64,000 bases of DNA, taken from NCBI GenBank assembly GCA_018671245.1, contig JABHIB010000002.1, positions 141 through 64,140 of the forward strand, written 5' to 3'. A model generated the notes under the pieces. The model was given only the letters and a program-made list of their open reading frames with translations. It searched no databases and was not told the DNA's origin. Positions 30,468-38,770 of the stretch are shown piece after piece (position 1 is the stretch's first letter; each line of letters opens with the position of its first letter). Made by a program: the position numbers and the translations under genes. The stretch comes from an archaeon (lineage in GTDB: Archaea > Nanobdellota > Nanobdellia > SCGC-AAA011-G17 > PNOQ01).

Positions 30468-30518
30468 GAAATGATGGACTTTCCATTTCCTTTTTAGAGT
30501 TTAGGGGAATTTCCAAAG

Positions 30519-30551
30519 GTTTATATATTTTTTATTATTCTTAGTTTTAAA
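30519..30551 (+). promoter_or_regulatory. TATA-containing 33-bp element immediately before ATG 30552
   Basis: gtttatatattttttattattcttagttttaaa; 31/33 identical to 19615-19647. Confidence 0.55.
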
Positions 30552-31100
30552 ATGGAAACTCTTGATGAAAGACTAACTGCAGTCAAATATGGTATAAGGG
30601 AAAGGTTACAAGATAAAGAAATGGTAATGTCTGAGTATTGGGAAACTACTTATAATCTTCTTTTGAATGAGGGTATTGTTGAAGCGCCTTATAGTGCTGT
30701 AGATACAATGACTATTAGTACAAGAATAGGTAGTGGCATGATTGATAATCTTGGCCTTAAGGAGTGTAGAGGAATTTATGGTAGATATGTTTGTAGATCT
30801 GATGTTAAATTATCTGAAGCTGCACAGAATGATGTTGAGGCACTGTCTGAGTTTAAGAGTAGTTTGAGAGATTATCTTGCTGCAGTATTTGATTCAAACT
30901 CATTTACGAGATCCGAGTATGATACTTTAGTTAGAGATTATGTTGAAAGTAGTGCTGATATATACGATTTCCGTGCTAAGTCTGAACTTACTGGAATTAT
31001 GTTAGCAAGTATGGAATCTTGTTTTGATATTGAGGAAGATGGCCCTAGAATTGGGAGATATAATATTAAATTATTAGAAGAATCTATGAAGAGAATTTAA
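30552..31100 (+). CDS. hypothetical protein
   Basis: 182-aa ORF with its own TATA box. Confidence 0.65.
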   Translation: METLDERLTAVKYGIRERLQDKEMVMSEYWETTYNLLLNEGIVEAPYSAVDTMTISTRIGSGMIDNLGLKECRGIYGRYVCRSDVKLSEAAQNDVEALSEFKSSLRDYLAAVFDSNSFTRSEYDTLVRDYVESSADIYDFRAKSELTGIMLASMESCFDIEEDGPRIGRYNIKLLEESMKRI

Positions 31101-31257
31101 ATAATTCTCTAACTTTCTTTTTTTATAAATTTCTTCCAGAAATATAGGTTATTATTGTATTTATGAAATTTCAAACTAATAATTTTTATGTCAAGGTTCA
31201 GAATAATTTTAATTCTCGAATAAATAAATTTATAATTAAGAGAGTATTTCTTTTTTT

Positions 31258-31827
31258 ATGGTAAAAATCTTAACTTTTGATGAATTGAACTCTTCTGAGA
31301 TAATTAAAAGAATGAAAGAAGGAGATATTTTTATTTATCCAACTGATACAATCTATGGAATTGGATGTAATGCCTTGAATCAAAAGAGTGTTGATAAGAT
31401 TCGTAAATTGAAAAAAAGGGGAGGAGATAAGCCATTTTCTGTCATAGCGCCGACAAAAAAGTGGATTGAAACTAATCTAGAAGTAGAGAATAAGAATTAT
31501 ATAAAGAAATTGCCAGGTCCTTTCACTTTTTTGTTAAAAATTAAAGCTAGATCTATTGCTAAAAAGATTAATCCTGGTTTTGATATAATCGGGCTGAGAA
31601 TACCAGACCATCCGTTCAGTAATCTTGTAAAACGGGCAAAAATTCCATTTATTACTACAAGTGTTAATTTATCTTCTAAACTGCCTATAAGGGATACTAA
31701 TAAGATTCCTAAAAGTATCTTAAAACATGTTGATTTTGTTATTGATGATGGTTATCTTCATAGATATCCTTCAACAATTATCGATCTGACTGGCAAGATG
31801 CCAAAAATCATAAAAAGAAGAATGTGA
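31258..31827 (+). CDS. tsaC: L-threonylcarbamoyl-AMP synthase (short TsaC/YrdC type)
   Basis: YPTDTIYGIGC, KKR..KP, PGPFT, GLRIP, TSVNLS. Confidence 0.9.
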   Translation: MVKILTFDELNSSEIIKRMKEGDIFIYPTDTIYGIGCNALNQKSVDKIRKLKKRGGDKPFSVIAPTKKWIETNLEVENKNYIKKLPGPFTFLLKIKARSIAKKINPGFDIIGLRIPDHPFSNLVKRAKIPFITTSVNLSSKLPIRDTNKIPKSILKHVDFVIDDGYLHRYPSTIIDLTGKMPKIIKRRM

Positions 31828-31871
31828 TTATACAAAGGTTTATATATTTTTTAAGATTCCCTATTTATGTA

Positions 31872-33275
31872 ATGGTTATTACTAACAAATTATTGGTCGG
31901 AATATTTGTATTTTGTATATTTTTGTGTAGTACAGTTTATGCGGGAAATTCAATTTTAGTCGCTGAGGAAGAAGTGAAAGAGGTTGTCTTTGCTGGGGAA
32001 ACAGCGGTGTTTAAACTGTCTATATCTAATAGTCAGGATTTTGATGATTCTTTCAGATTTTCAATTTTAAATATTGATTGGGAATTTGAAACCGATCCAT
32101 TTGTGTTGAGTGTCGATTCAGAAGATATTGAAGTGGTTGAAATGAGATTTTCACCGTCTTCAAAATTAGGTCCTGGAAAACATGGAGTTACGGTTTTAAT
32201 ATATTCTTTATCTGATGAGACTGTATTTACTGAGCATATATTTGATATTAGAGTTATAGATTTTTATGATGTGATTAGTACAACTCTTGAATTACCAAAT
32301 GATATTAATCCTCAAAAACAACTTGTTATAAAAGCAATTTTAGAAAATAATTATGATGAACATCTTGAAGATTTGACTTTTAAATTAGAGAGTGATTTTT
32401 TTCAGGATGAAATTAATTTTAGTTTAGCTGCTTATGAAACTCAGGTTAGTGAGTTTTCAGTTGATTTTGAAGGAGATGTTGAAGAAGGAGTTTATGATAT
32501 AGTTTTGAAGATTTATAATGGTGAAGATTTGCTTTTGGAAAACACTGTAGAAATGCTTGTTGGATATTATCCTGATGTTGATGAGACTAGATCTCCGGAA
32601 TCGGGATTTTTGTTGAATAGAATTTTGGTTACAAAAACTAATCATGGCACTTCAACTAGTCATGAACTTTATACTAAAAGATTTTCATTTTTTGAGAGGT
32701 TATTCACAAGTACTGACCCTCAACCTGATCAATTATTTAGTGAAGGAGGATATTATACTCTGCAATGGGAGTTTGATTTATCTCCTGGAGATACAAGGCA
32801 GATATTTATAGAAACAAATTATAGATTTTTTGCCATTCTAGTTAGTGTATTATTAATTTTATTATATTTCTTTTATAATTATTTTAAACGAGATGTATCT
32901 TTAACTAAAAAAGTTGTTACTGTTAAGCATTCTCAAGAGGGAATATCTACTATGAACATTTTATTGGTTTTGAAAAATAAGACTAATAAGACTTTAAAAA
33001 ATCTTAAAGTCATGGATAACCTTGTCAATGTCGCTGGAGAGCCAACGAACTTTGGAACAATAAGTCCATCTGTTGTTAAGAGGGGACATTCTGGGGCTAG
33101 AATGATGTGGAATATTGAAAGTCTTGAAAAAGGTGCAGAAGTTATAATTTCTTATCAAGCAAAATGTAAGGTTCAAGTAATAGGCCACCTAAATATACCT
33201 ACTGCTGTAGCTAAATATATTAAAAATGGCAGGCCTATAGTAGTTAAGTCTAACAAAGTAAAATTATTTTCATAG
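31872..33275 (+). CDS. conserved secreted/membrane protein with Ig-like domains
   Basis: Signal peptide, acidic beta-rich domains, internal TM, basic cytoplasmic domain. Confidence 0.65.
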   Translation: MVITNKLLVGIFVFCIFLCSTVYAGNSILVAEEEVKEVVFAGETAVFKLSISNSQDFDDSFRFSILNIDWEFETDPFVLSVDSEDIEVVEMRFSPSSKLGPGKHGVTVLIYSLSDETVFTEHIFDIRVIDFYDVISTTLELPNDINPQKQLVIKAILENNYDEHLEDLTFKLESDFFQDEINFSLAAYETQVSEFSVDFEGDVEEGVYDIVLKIYNGEDLLLENTVEMLVGYYPDVDETRSPESGFLLNRILVTKTNHGTSTSHELYTKRFSFFERLFTSTDPQPDQLFSEGGYYTLQWEFDLSPGDTRQIFIETNYRFFAILVSVLLILLYFFYNYFKRDVSLTKKVVTVKHSQEGISTMNILLVLKNKTNKTLKNLKVMDNLVNVAGEPTNFGTISPSVVKRGHSGARMMWNIESLEKGAEVIISYQAKCKVQVIGHLNIPTAVAKYIKNGRPIVVKSNKVKLFS

Positions 33276-33294
33276 TATCTTGAGGTAATTAAAA

Positions 33295-34755
33295 ATGGTT
33301 GAGAAAAAAAAGAAATCACCAAAAGTTGAGACATATATAATTACTTCTGCTCAGGCATCCTATTATGAAAACAAAGATGGGGATGTAGTCCCTTATGGTG
33401 GCGGACCTATCAAGGGTAAACCTCATAAAAAATTTCTTAGAGGATTGGAAGTTTGTGCAGATGAGTTGGATGCTGAATTGGTCATTGCTCCGATTGCTGG
33501 TAAGTCAAGCTTAGAAAATATTCTTCACGAAGATCTTGCTGGTTCTACAAATCTATTTGAAGGGACTAATTTATGGTTAAATAAAAATATTCAACTAAGA
33601 GATATTGTTGTTCCTCCTCAAAATGTTGATCCTACAACTGGGAAGGCTAGTCTGATTAGTAAATATAATTCATCTTTGATTATTCCTCATTCCAAACAGA
33701 GATTCTTACCAGTTCCTGTTTTCAATTCGGATTTACCTAGATATTTATTTACTACAGGTTCTGTAACTTTGCCAAATTATAATACTAAAAATCACAAGGG
33801 AGATACTGCTGAAAGAAATCACGTATTCGGTGGAATGGTAGTAGAAGTTATTGATGATACTTTTTTCAATGTTAGAAATCTCAGGGCCTTAAAGAATGGT
33901 AAATTTGCTGATCTTGGTCAGGTTTATAATGGTGATAGTGTTCCTAAAAATATAGGAGTTGATACACTTGTACTTGGTGATATTCACTGGGGTGATCATG
34001 ATGAAGAGACTAGACAAGCAAATTATGAGATGATTGATTTTTTCAAACCTAAGAGGATATTTTTACATGATTTTTTTAATGGACATAGTATAAATCATCA
34101 CGAAAGAAATAATTTTTTGAAGAAAGTTAGAGAGTATGATAGAGATAGACTTTTTTTAGAAGATGAATTTGAGGGATGTTATAATGAACTATGCAATATT
34201 TCTAAAGCTGCTGGAAGTAGAACTGAGATTAATGTAGTTTCATCAAATCATCATGCGTTTCTTCCTAGATATGTAAATAGTGATGCTTGGAGGAAGAGTG
34301 ATTTATGGAATGCAGAGATTGGATCATATTTATTTGCCCAGGGTGTTGCTCAAGGAAGTGATGAAAAAGAAATTGATGATTCTTCATTTTTGATTGAAGA
34401 GGGATTAAAAAGACATGGCAAAATTCCTTCTAATGTTGAAATTTTGAGATTAAAAGATAATTATAGGAGACATGGTTATCAATTAGCTAGTCATGGTGAT
34501 AAAGGTGGCCATGGGTCTCGGGGTGGAAGTGCAAAATCTAGATCTGTTACAGGTGGCGGAAAGAGTATTACTGGACACAGTCACTGTATGGAGATTTTCG
34601 GAGATACTTATGTTGTAGGAACCTCTAGTCAATTAGATCTTCCTTATACTGCTGGCGGAGGATCTGCTTGGATTGCTGCGAATGCTGTCTTATACCAAAA
34701 TGGTAGTGTGCAGATGTTACCGATAATTAAGGGTAAGTGGAAAGCTAAAAGGTAA
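33295..34755 (+). CDS. phage T5 A1-like metallophosphoesterase/nuclease
   Basis: YIITSAQ, PHKKFL, TTGSVTLPNY, LGDIH, HDF..HSINHH, SNH, HGDKGGHGSRG, TGHSH, LDLPY...SAW are colinear with the recalled T5 A1 sequence. Confidence 0.8.
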   Translation: MVEKKKKSPKVETYIITSAQASYYENKDGDVVPYGGGPIKGKPHKKFLRGLEVCADELDAELVIAPIAGKSSLENILHEDLAGSTNLFEGTNLWLNKNIQLRDIVVPPQNVDPTTGKASLISKYNSSLIIPHSKQRFLPVPVFNSDLPRYLFTTGSVTLPNYNTKNHKGDTAERNHVFGGMVVEVIDDTFFNVRNLRALKNGKFADLGQVYNGDSVPKNIGVDTLVLGDIHWGDHDEETRQANYEMIDFFKPKRIFLHDFFNGHSINHHERNNFLKKVREYDRDRLFLEDEFEGCYNELCNISKAAGSRTEINVVSSNHHAFLPRYVNSDAWRKSDLWNAEIGSYLFAQGVAQGSDEKEIDDSSFLIEEGLKRHGKIPSNVEILRLKDNYRRHGYQLASHGDKGGHGSRGGSAKSRSVTGGGKSITGHSHCMEIFGDTYVVGTSSQLDLPYTAGGGSAWIAANAVLYQNGSVQMLPIIKGKWKAKR

Positions 34756-34797
34756 TTAGAAAGCTTTTTAATTTCTTCTCAGTTTCTTATTTTTACA

Positions 34798-35127
34798 ATG
34801 AGACTAGATACAATACTTGAATACTCTGATAGTAAGTTTTATGAGATTGGAGATAGTATAAAATTGGGAGATGATCTGTTTGAAGTCTATGGTATTATGG
34901 ATATGGGCTCTGAATATCTTTATCATCTTTTTCCAAAGTTTGAGAGAGACGAATTAACTGATAACTTGATTAGTAATGGTTATTTAGATGATGTTGCTGA
35001 TGTTTATGTAAATGCGTTTGAGAAGTTTCCTGTATTAGAAGATAACTTATTTAGTAAGGAAAGAAATGAATATATAGATATAAATCTTGGTCAGCTTAGC
35101 AGAATCTATGGATTAGATAATCGTTAA
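34798..35127 (+). CDS. acidic hypothetical protein
   Basis: 109-aa ORF with a TATA-like element upstream. Confidence 0.55.
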   Translation: MRLDTILEYSDSKFYEIGDSIKLGDDLFEVYGIMDMGSEYLYHLFPKFERDELTDNLISNGYLDDVADVYVNAFEKFPVLEDNLFSKERNEYIDINLGQLSRIYGLDNR

Positions 35128-35160
35128 TTTTATAAATCTTCATAGGGTTTATTTTTTTAT

Positions 35161-35282
35161 CCCTCCATAGCTCAATGGCAGAGCGTTCGGCTGTAGATAC
35201 TGTTTGATTATGTCGTATGACTAAAGATGATTAATAGTTAGCCGTCACCGAAAGGTTCCCAGTTCAAATCTGGGTGGGGGGA
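35161..35282 (+). tRNA. tRNA-Tyr(GTA) with 50-nt intron at 37/38 (35197-35246)
   Basis: Acceptor CCCTCCA/TGGGGGG (C1:G72, A73), D arm GCTC/GAGC, anticodon stem TTCGG/CCGAA, T arm CCCAG-TTCAAAT-CTGGG. Confidence 0.92.
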
Positions 35283-35355
35283 TTTTAGTTAGTTTTTGTT
35301 CTTAAGGATTAACAATAATTTTATAAATTGGTTATAGTTGTATAGATTTGTTAAA

Positions 35356-35772
35356 ATGAAAAAAGAGATTTTAAATAAAGCAATTTTAGTACTTGGAATA
35401 ATTTTAGTAGTTCTTTTTTTGTTTAAATTAGATCTTGGAGAAGGAAACATGGAATTAAAAATAGAAGTTATTCAAGAAGGTAGTGGAGATCAAGAAGTAA
35501 AATCTGGAGATAGTATAAGTGTTCATTATACTGGTACACTAGAAAATGGTAAGAAGTTTGACTCAAGTGTTGATAGAGGTCAGCCATTTGATTTTACTAT
35601 TGGAAAAGGAATGGTTATCCAAGGGTGGGAGCAAGGTTTACTTGGTATGAAGGTTGGAGAAAAGAGAAAGTTGACAATACCTTCCACAATGGGATACGGA
35701 GATAGAGATATGGGTTCTATACCTCCTAATTCAGTTTTATTATTTGATGTAGAACTGATTTCCATTAATTAA
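35356..35772 (+). CDS. FKBP-type peptidyl-prolyl isomerase
   Basis: [35 protein letters not shown]; possible N-terminal anchor, or alternative start at 35449. Confidence 0.93.
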   Translation: MKKEILNKAILVLGIILVVLFLFKLDLGEGNMELKIEVIQEGSGDQEVKSGDSISVHYTGTLENGKKFDSSVDRGQPFDFTIGKGMVIQGWEQGLLGMKVGEKRKLTIPSTMGYGDRDMGSIPPNSVLLFDVELISIN

Positions 35773-35848
35773 AAAATATTATAATCTTTTTTCTTATTTT
35801 TTTATCAATTAAGTAAGTTTTATTAATACACTAAACTGGTTTATTACT

Positions 35849-36397
35849 ATGAATCATGAAGAACTAGGGGATTTGGATGAAGAAGATTCGTTTCTAAAAA
35901 AGATTTCTGTTATAGTTATTGGAGTATTTATGATTCTTTTATTGCTATCTTATTTTTTAACCACTCCTGCCGTGAGGAATGTTATTATTGGTATGGTTGA
36001 AAGTTCTAATCTTGAAGATGATTACTCTATGGATATAGGAGGGGGAAATAAATTAATTTTTATTAATAGTTCGTATATTGAGCTTTTGAATTTATACGAT
36101 TCAAATTTGGATGTAGAAATTAAGGCTTGTTTGTTTGGAGAGATAATTGGTGGTGATTATTTTATTTCCGAGGTTGTTCAGCCAGTAATTTATTCTCAAT
36201 CTTATGATCGAGTTGTTTCTGCACCTTGTTCAAATATTAGTCTTGTTAGTTTGCATAGTCATCCTCATATGCATTGTGCACCTTCTCAACAAGATCTTGA
36301 AAGTTTCTCAAAATTGAAAGAAACCAATCCAGACATTTTGATGATAATCATGTGTGAAGAAGATAGATTTAATGTTTATACTAATGTTCATAGTTAA
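35849..36397 (+). CDS. membrane-anchored JAB/JAMM (MPN+) domain protein
   Basis: N-terminal TM; E (VEIKACLFG) plus H-S-H-x7-S-x2-D (HSHPHMHCAPSQQD). Confidence 0.7.
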   Translation: MNHEELGDLDEEDSFLKKISVIVIGVFMILLLLSYFLTTPAVRNVIIGMVESSNLEDDYSMDIGGGNKLIFINSSYIELLNLYDSNLDVEIKACLFGEIIGGDYFISEVVQPVIYSQSYDRVVSAPCSNISLVSLHSHPHMHCAPSQQDLESFSKLKETNPDILMIIMCEEDRFNVYTNVHS

Positions 36398-36409
36398 GTT
36401 TAAATAGTA

Positions 36410-36715
36410 ATGAATATGATTGAGATTATGGTTAAGAGAACTAAGTTGAGCAACGGTAAGGCTAAAACTAGTATGATTCTTGGAATATCTAGTATTATTT
36501 TATCTATGATTCCAATCCTTGGATTGTTATCTGGAATTTTTGCAATTGTATTTTATGTAAAATCTAGATCTTTGATTATAAAAGATTCTCATAAGTATGG
36601 TGGTGGAAAATTATCGCTTGCAGGACTTATAACTGGAATTGTAGGGATAGTTTTCAGTTTGCTGATTTTCATTTATGCTACTATCGTAGCTATCCTATTA
36701 GCTGTAACTCAATAA
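36410..36715 (+). CDS. DUF4190-like membrane protein
   Basis: GKAKTSMILGISS...GGKLSLAGLITGIVG; two TM. Confidence 0.7.
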   Translation: MNMIEIMVKRTKLSNGKAKTSMILGISSIILSMIPILGLLSGIFAIVFYVKSRSLIIKDSHKYGGGKLSLAGLITGIVGIVFSLLIFIYATIVAILLAVTQ

Positions 36716-36868
36716 TTACTACTGTTCTTTTTTAAATGGGTTTTTAAATAAAAACAAAACCTTTATATAGTGGATAATTGCGCTAAATACAACAGGCAGG
36801 TACCCTCTTTCAAAATGAATCTAAATTTTCAAAATATCACAAATTTTATTTCGTTTAGATTGAGCTAT

Positions 36869-36943
36869 GCCCTGGTAGTGTAGTTCGGTTTATCACCTGG
36901 CCCTGTCGAGGCCATAACCCGGGTTCGAATCCCGGTCAGGGCG
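36869..36943 (+). tRNA. tRNA-Asp(GTC)
   Basis: GCCCTGG/TCAGGGC acceptor, TGGCC-CTGTCGA-GGCCA anticodon arm, CCGGG-TTCGAAT-CCCGG. Confidence 0.96.
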
Positions 36944-36958
36944 TCCTGTTAACATCAT

Positions 36959-37032
<74 letters not shown>

Positions 37033-37049
37033 CTTTAAACTTATATAAA

Positions 37050-37292
37050 ATGGCAGAAAAATTCGATATATCAAAACATATACTTGTACCTAAACATACA
37101 AAGTTAAATGATGACGAGAAAAAAGAGATTCTTGAGCAATTAAATATTGATGAAACAAAATTGCCTAAGATATTCTTAAAAGATCCAGCAGTAAAGAATC
37201 TAGATGTTGTTCCTGGGGATATTATAAAAATTATTAGAAAAAGTCCTACTAATTTAGAAAGTATTTTTTATAGGGTGGTAATAAATGGTTAA
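37050..37292 (+). CDS. rpoH: RNA polymerase subunit H (Rpo5)
   Basis: HILVPKH...LPKI...DP...IIRKSPT...YRVV; real start ATG 37050. Confidence 0.96.
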   Translation: MAEKFDISKHILVPKHTKLNDDEKKEILEQLNIDETKLPKIFLKDPAVKNLDVVPGDIIKIIRKSPTNLESIFYRVVING

Positions 37293-38769
37293 AAATTATA
37301 AAAAACTGATTGGAAATTATTTTGATAAACATTCATTTGTTGAATCAAACATTAAGTCTTTTGATTATTTTCTAGATAAAAGATTACAAGCTCTTGTTGA
37401 TGATGTTGGAGAGATAGTCCCAACTATTATTCCTCAAGAAGTTGAGAATTTTATGATTAAACTTGGTAAAATCTCTATTGGTAAACCTGAGATTACCGAG
37501 GCTGATGGTTCAAAAAGAGATATTTATCCTACTGAAACTAGGTTAAGAAAACTTACTTACGCTGCACCAATAACTTTGAAAGTTAGCTCAGTTATTAATG
37601 GTGTGACAAATGAATCTTTTGATGCATATCTTGGAAAAATGCCAATTATGATTAAGTCAAAACACTGCCACTTATATGGCCTTAAGAAAGAAGAACTTAT
37701 TGAGAAAGGAGAGGATTCAAATGATCGTGGTGGATATTTTATTTTAAATGGTAATGAAAGAGTTTTAATTATGGTTGAAGATCTTGCTTCAAATAAATTC
37801 TTTGTTAAGAAAACTAAAATAGGTCCAAGTAAGTTTGTTGGAAAATTATTTTCTCAAAAAAGTAGTTATCGTATTCCTCACACTATTGAGCAAATGAAAG
37901 ATGGAATATTGTATATCAGTTTTACTAGATTCAAGAGAGTTCCTATAATACCTTTGATCAAAGCACTTGGTGTTGTTAGCGATCAAGAAATAATGGAGTC
38001 TATCTCTAAAGATGATTCATTTGATGATGTATTGATGAATTTATATGATTCTATCGATATTAAATCTCAAGAAGAAGCTCTAGATTTTGTTGCTAAAAAA
38101 GTAGGAATTACTCAAAAAGAAGTTAGAGTTGAAAGAGTGAGAGAGTATCTTGATAAATATTTATTACCTCATGTTGGTGTTGATTCAAAAGACAGAAAAC
38201 TAAAAGCTTACAATCTTTGTAAATTGATAAAGCGATTCTTATTAGTTTCTAAGGGGAAGATGAATTCTCCTGATCAAGACCATTACATGAACAAGAGATT
38301 AAAACTTAGTGGAGATTTATTAGAAGATCTTTTCAGAATTAATGTTCGTTCTTTGGTTCAAGATATATTATATAATTTCCAAAGACTGGTTAAGAGGGGG
38401 AAGTTTACTTCATTGAAGATAATTATTCGTGAACAGTTATTGAGTTCTAGAATTCATAGTGCTATGGCAACTGGTTCATGGGTAGGTGGAAGATCAGGTA
38501 TAAGTCAGAATATGCAAAGAACAAATGGTATTGACACTGTTTCACATTTACAAAGAGTTGTTAGTTTGTTAACTGCTACTCAAGAAAACTTCGATGCTAG
38601 GGCTTTGCATAGTACTCATTGGGGAAGATTGTGTCCTGTTGAGACTCCTGAAGGTTCACCTATTGGTTTAAGGAAAAATTTGTCTATGCTTGCAAATATT
38701 ACTAGAATTGAACCAAACGAAGCAAAATTGAAAGAGAAATTGAAGGAGGTAGGATTGAAATCACTTTAA
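37285..38769 (+). CDS. rpoB2: RNA polymerase subunit B'' (Rpo2N)
   Basis: GGYFILNGNERV, HWGRLCPVETPEG. Confidence 0.96.
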   Translation: MVKNYKKLIGNYFDKHSFVESNIKSFDYFLDKRLQALVDDVGEIVPTIIPQEVENFMIKLGKISIGKPEITEADGSKRDIYPTETRLRKLTYAAPITLKVSSVINGVTNESFDAYLGKMPIMIKSKHCHLYGLKKEELIEKGEDSNDRGGYFILNGNERVLIMVEDLASNKFFVKKTKIGPSKFVGKLFSQKSSYRIPHTIEQMKDGILYISFTRFKRVPIIPLIKALGVVSDQEIMESISKDDSFDDVLMNLYDSIDIKSQEEALDFVAKKVGITQKEVRVERVREYLDKYLLPHVGVDSKDRKLKAYNLCKLIKRFLLVSKGKMNSPDQDHYMNKRLKLSGDLLEDLFRINVRSLVQDILYNFQRLVKRGKFTSLKIIIREQLLSSRIHSAMATGSWVGGRSGISQNMQRTNGIDTVSHLQRVVSLLTATQENFDARALHSTHWGRLCPVETPEGSPIGLRKNLSMLANITRIEPNEAKLKEKLKEVGLKSL

Positions 38770-38770
38770 A

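Noticed and set aside
30552-35282. Provirus integrated at tRNA-Tyr
   Set aside because: No integrase, capsid or terminase genes and no duplicated tRNA 3' end seen; housekeeping tsaC lies inside the interval.
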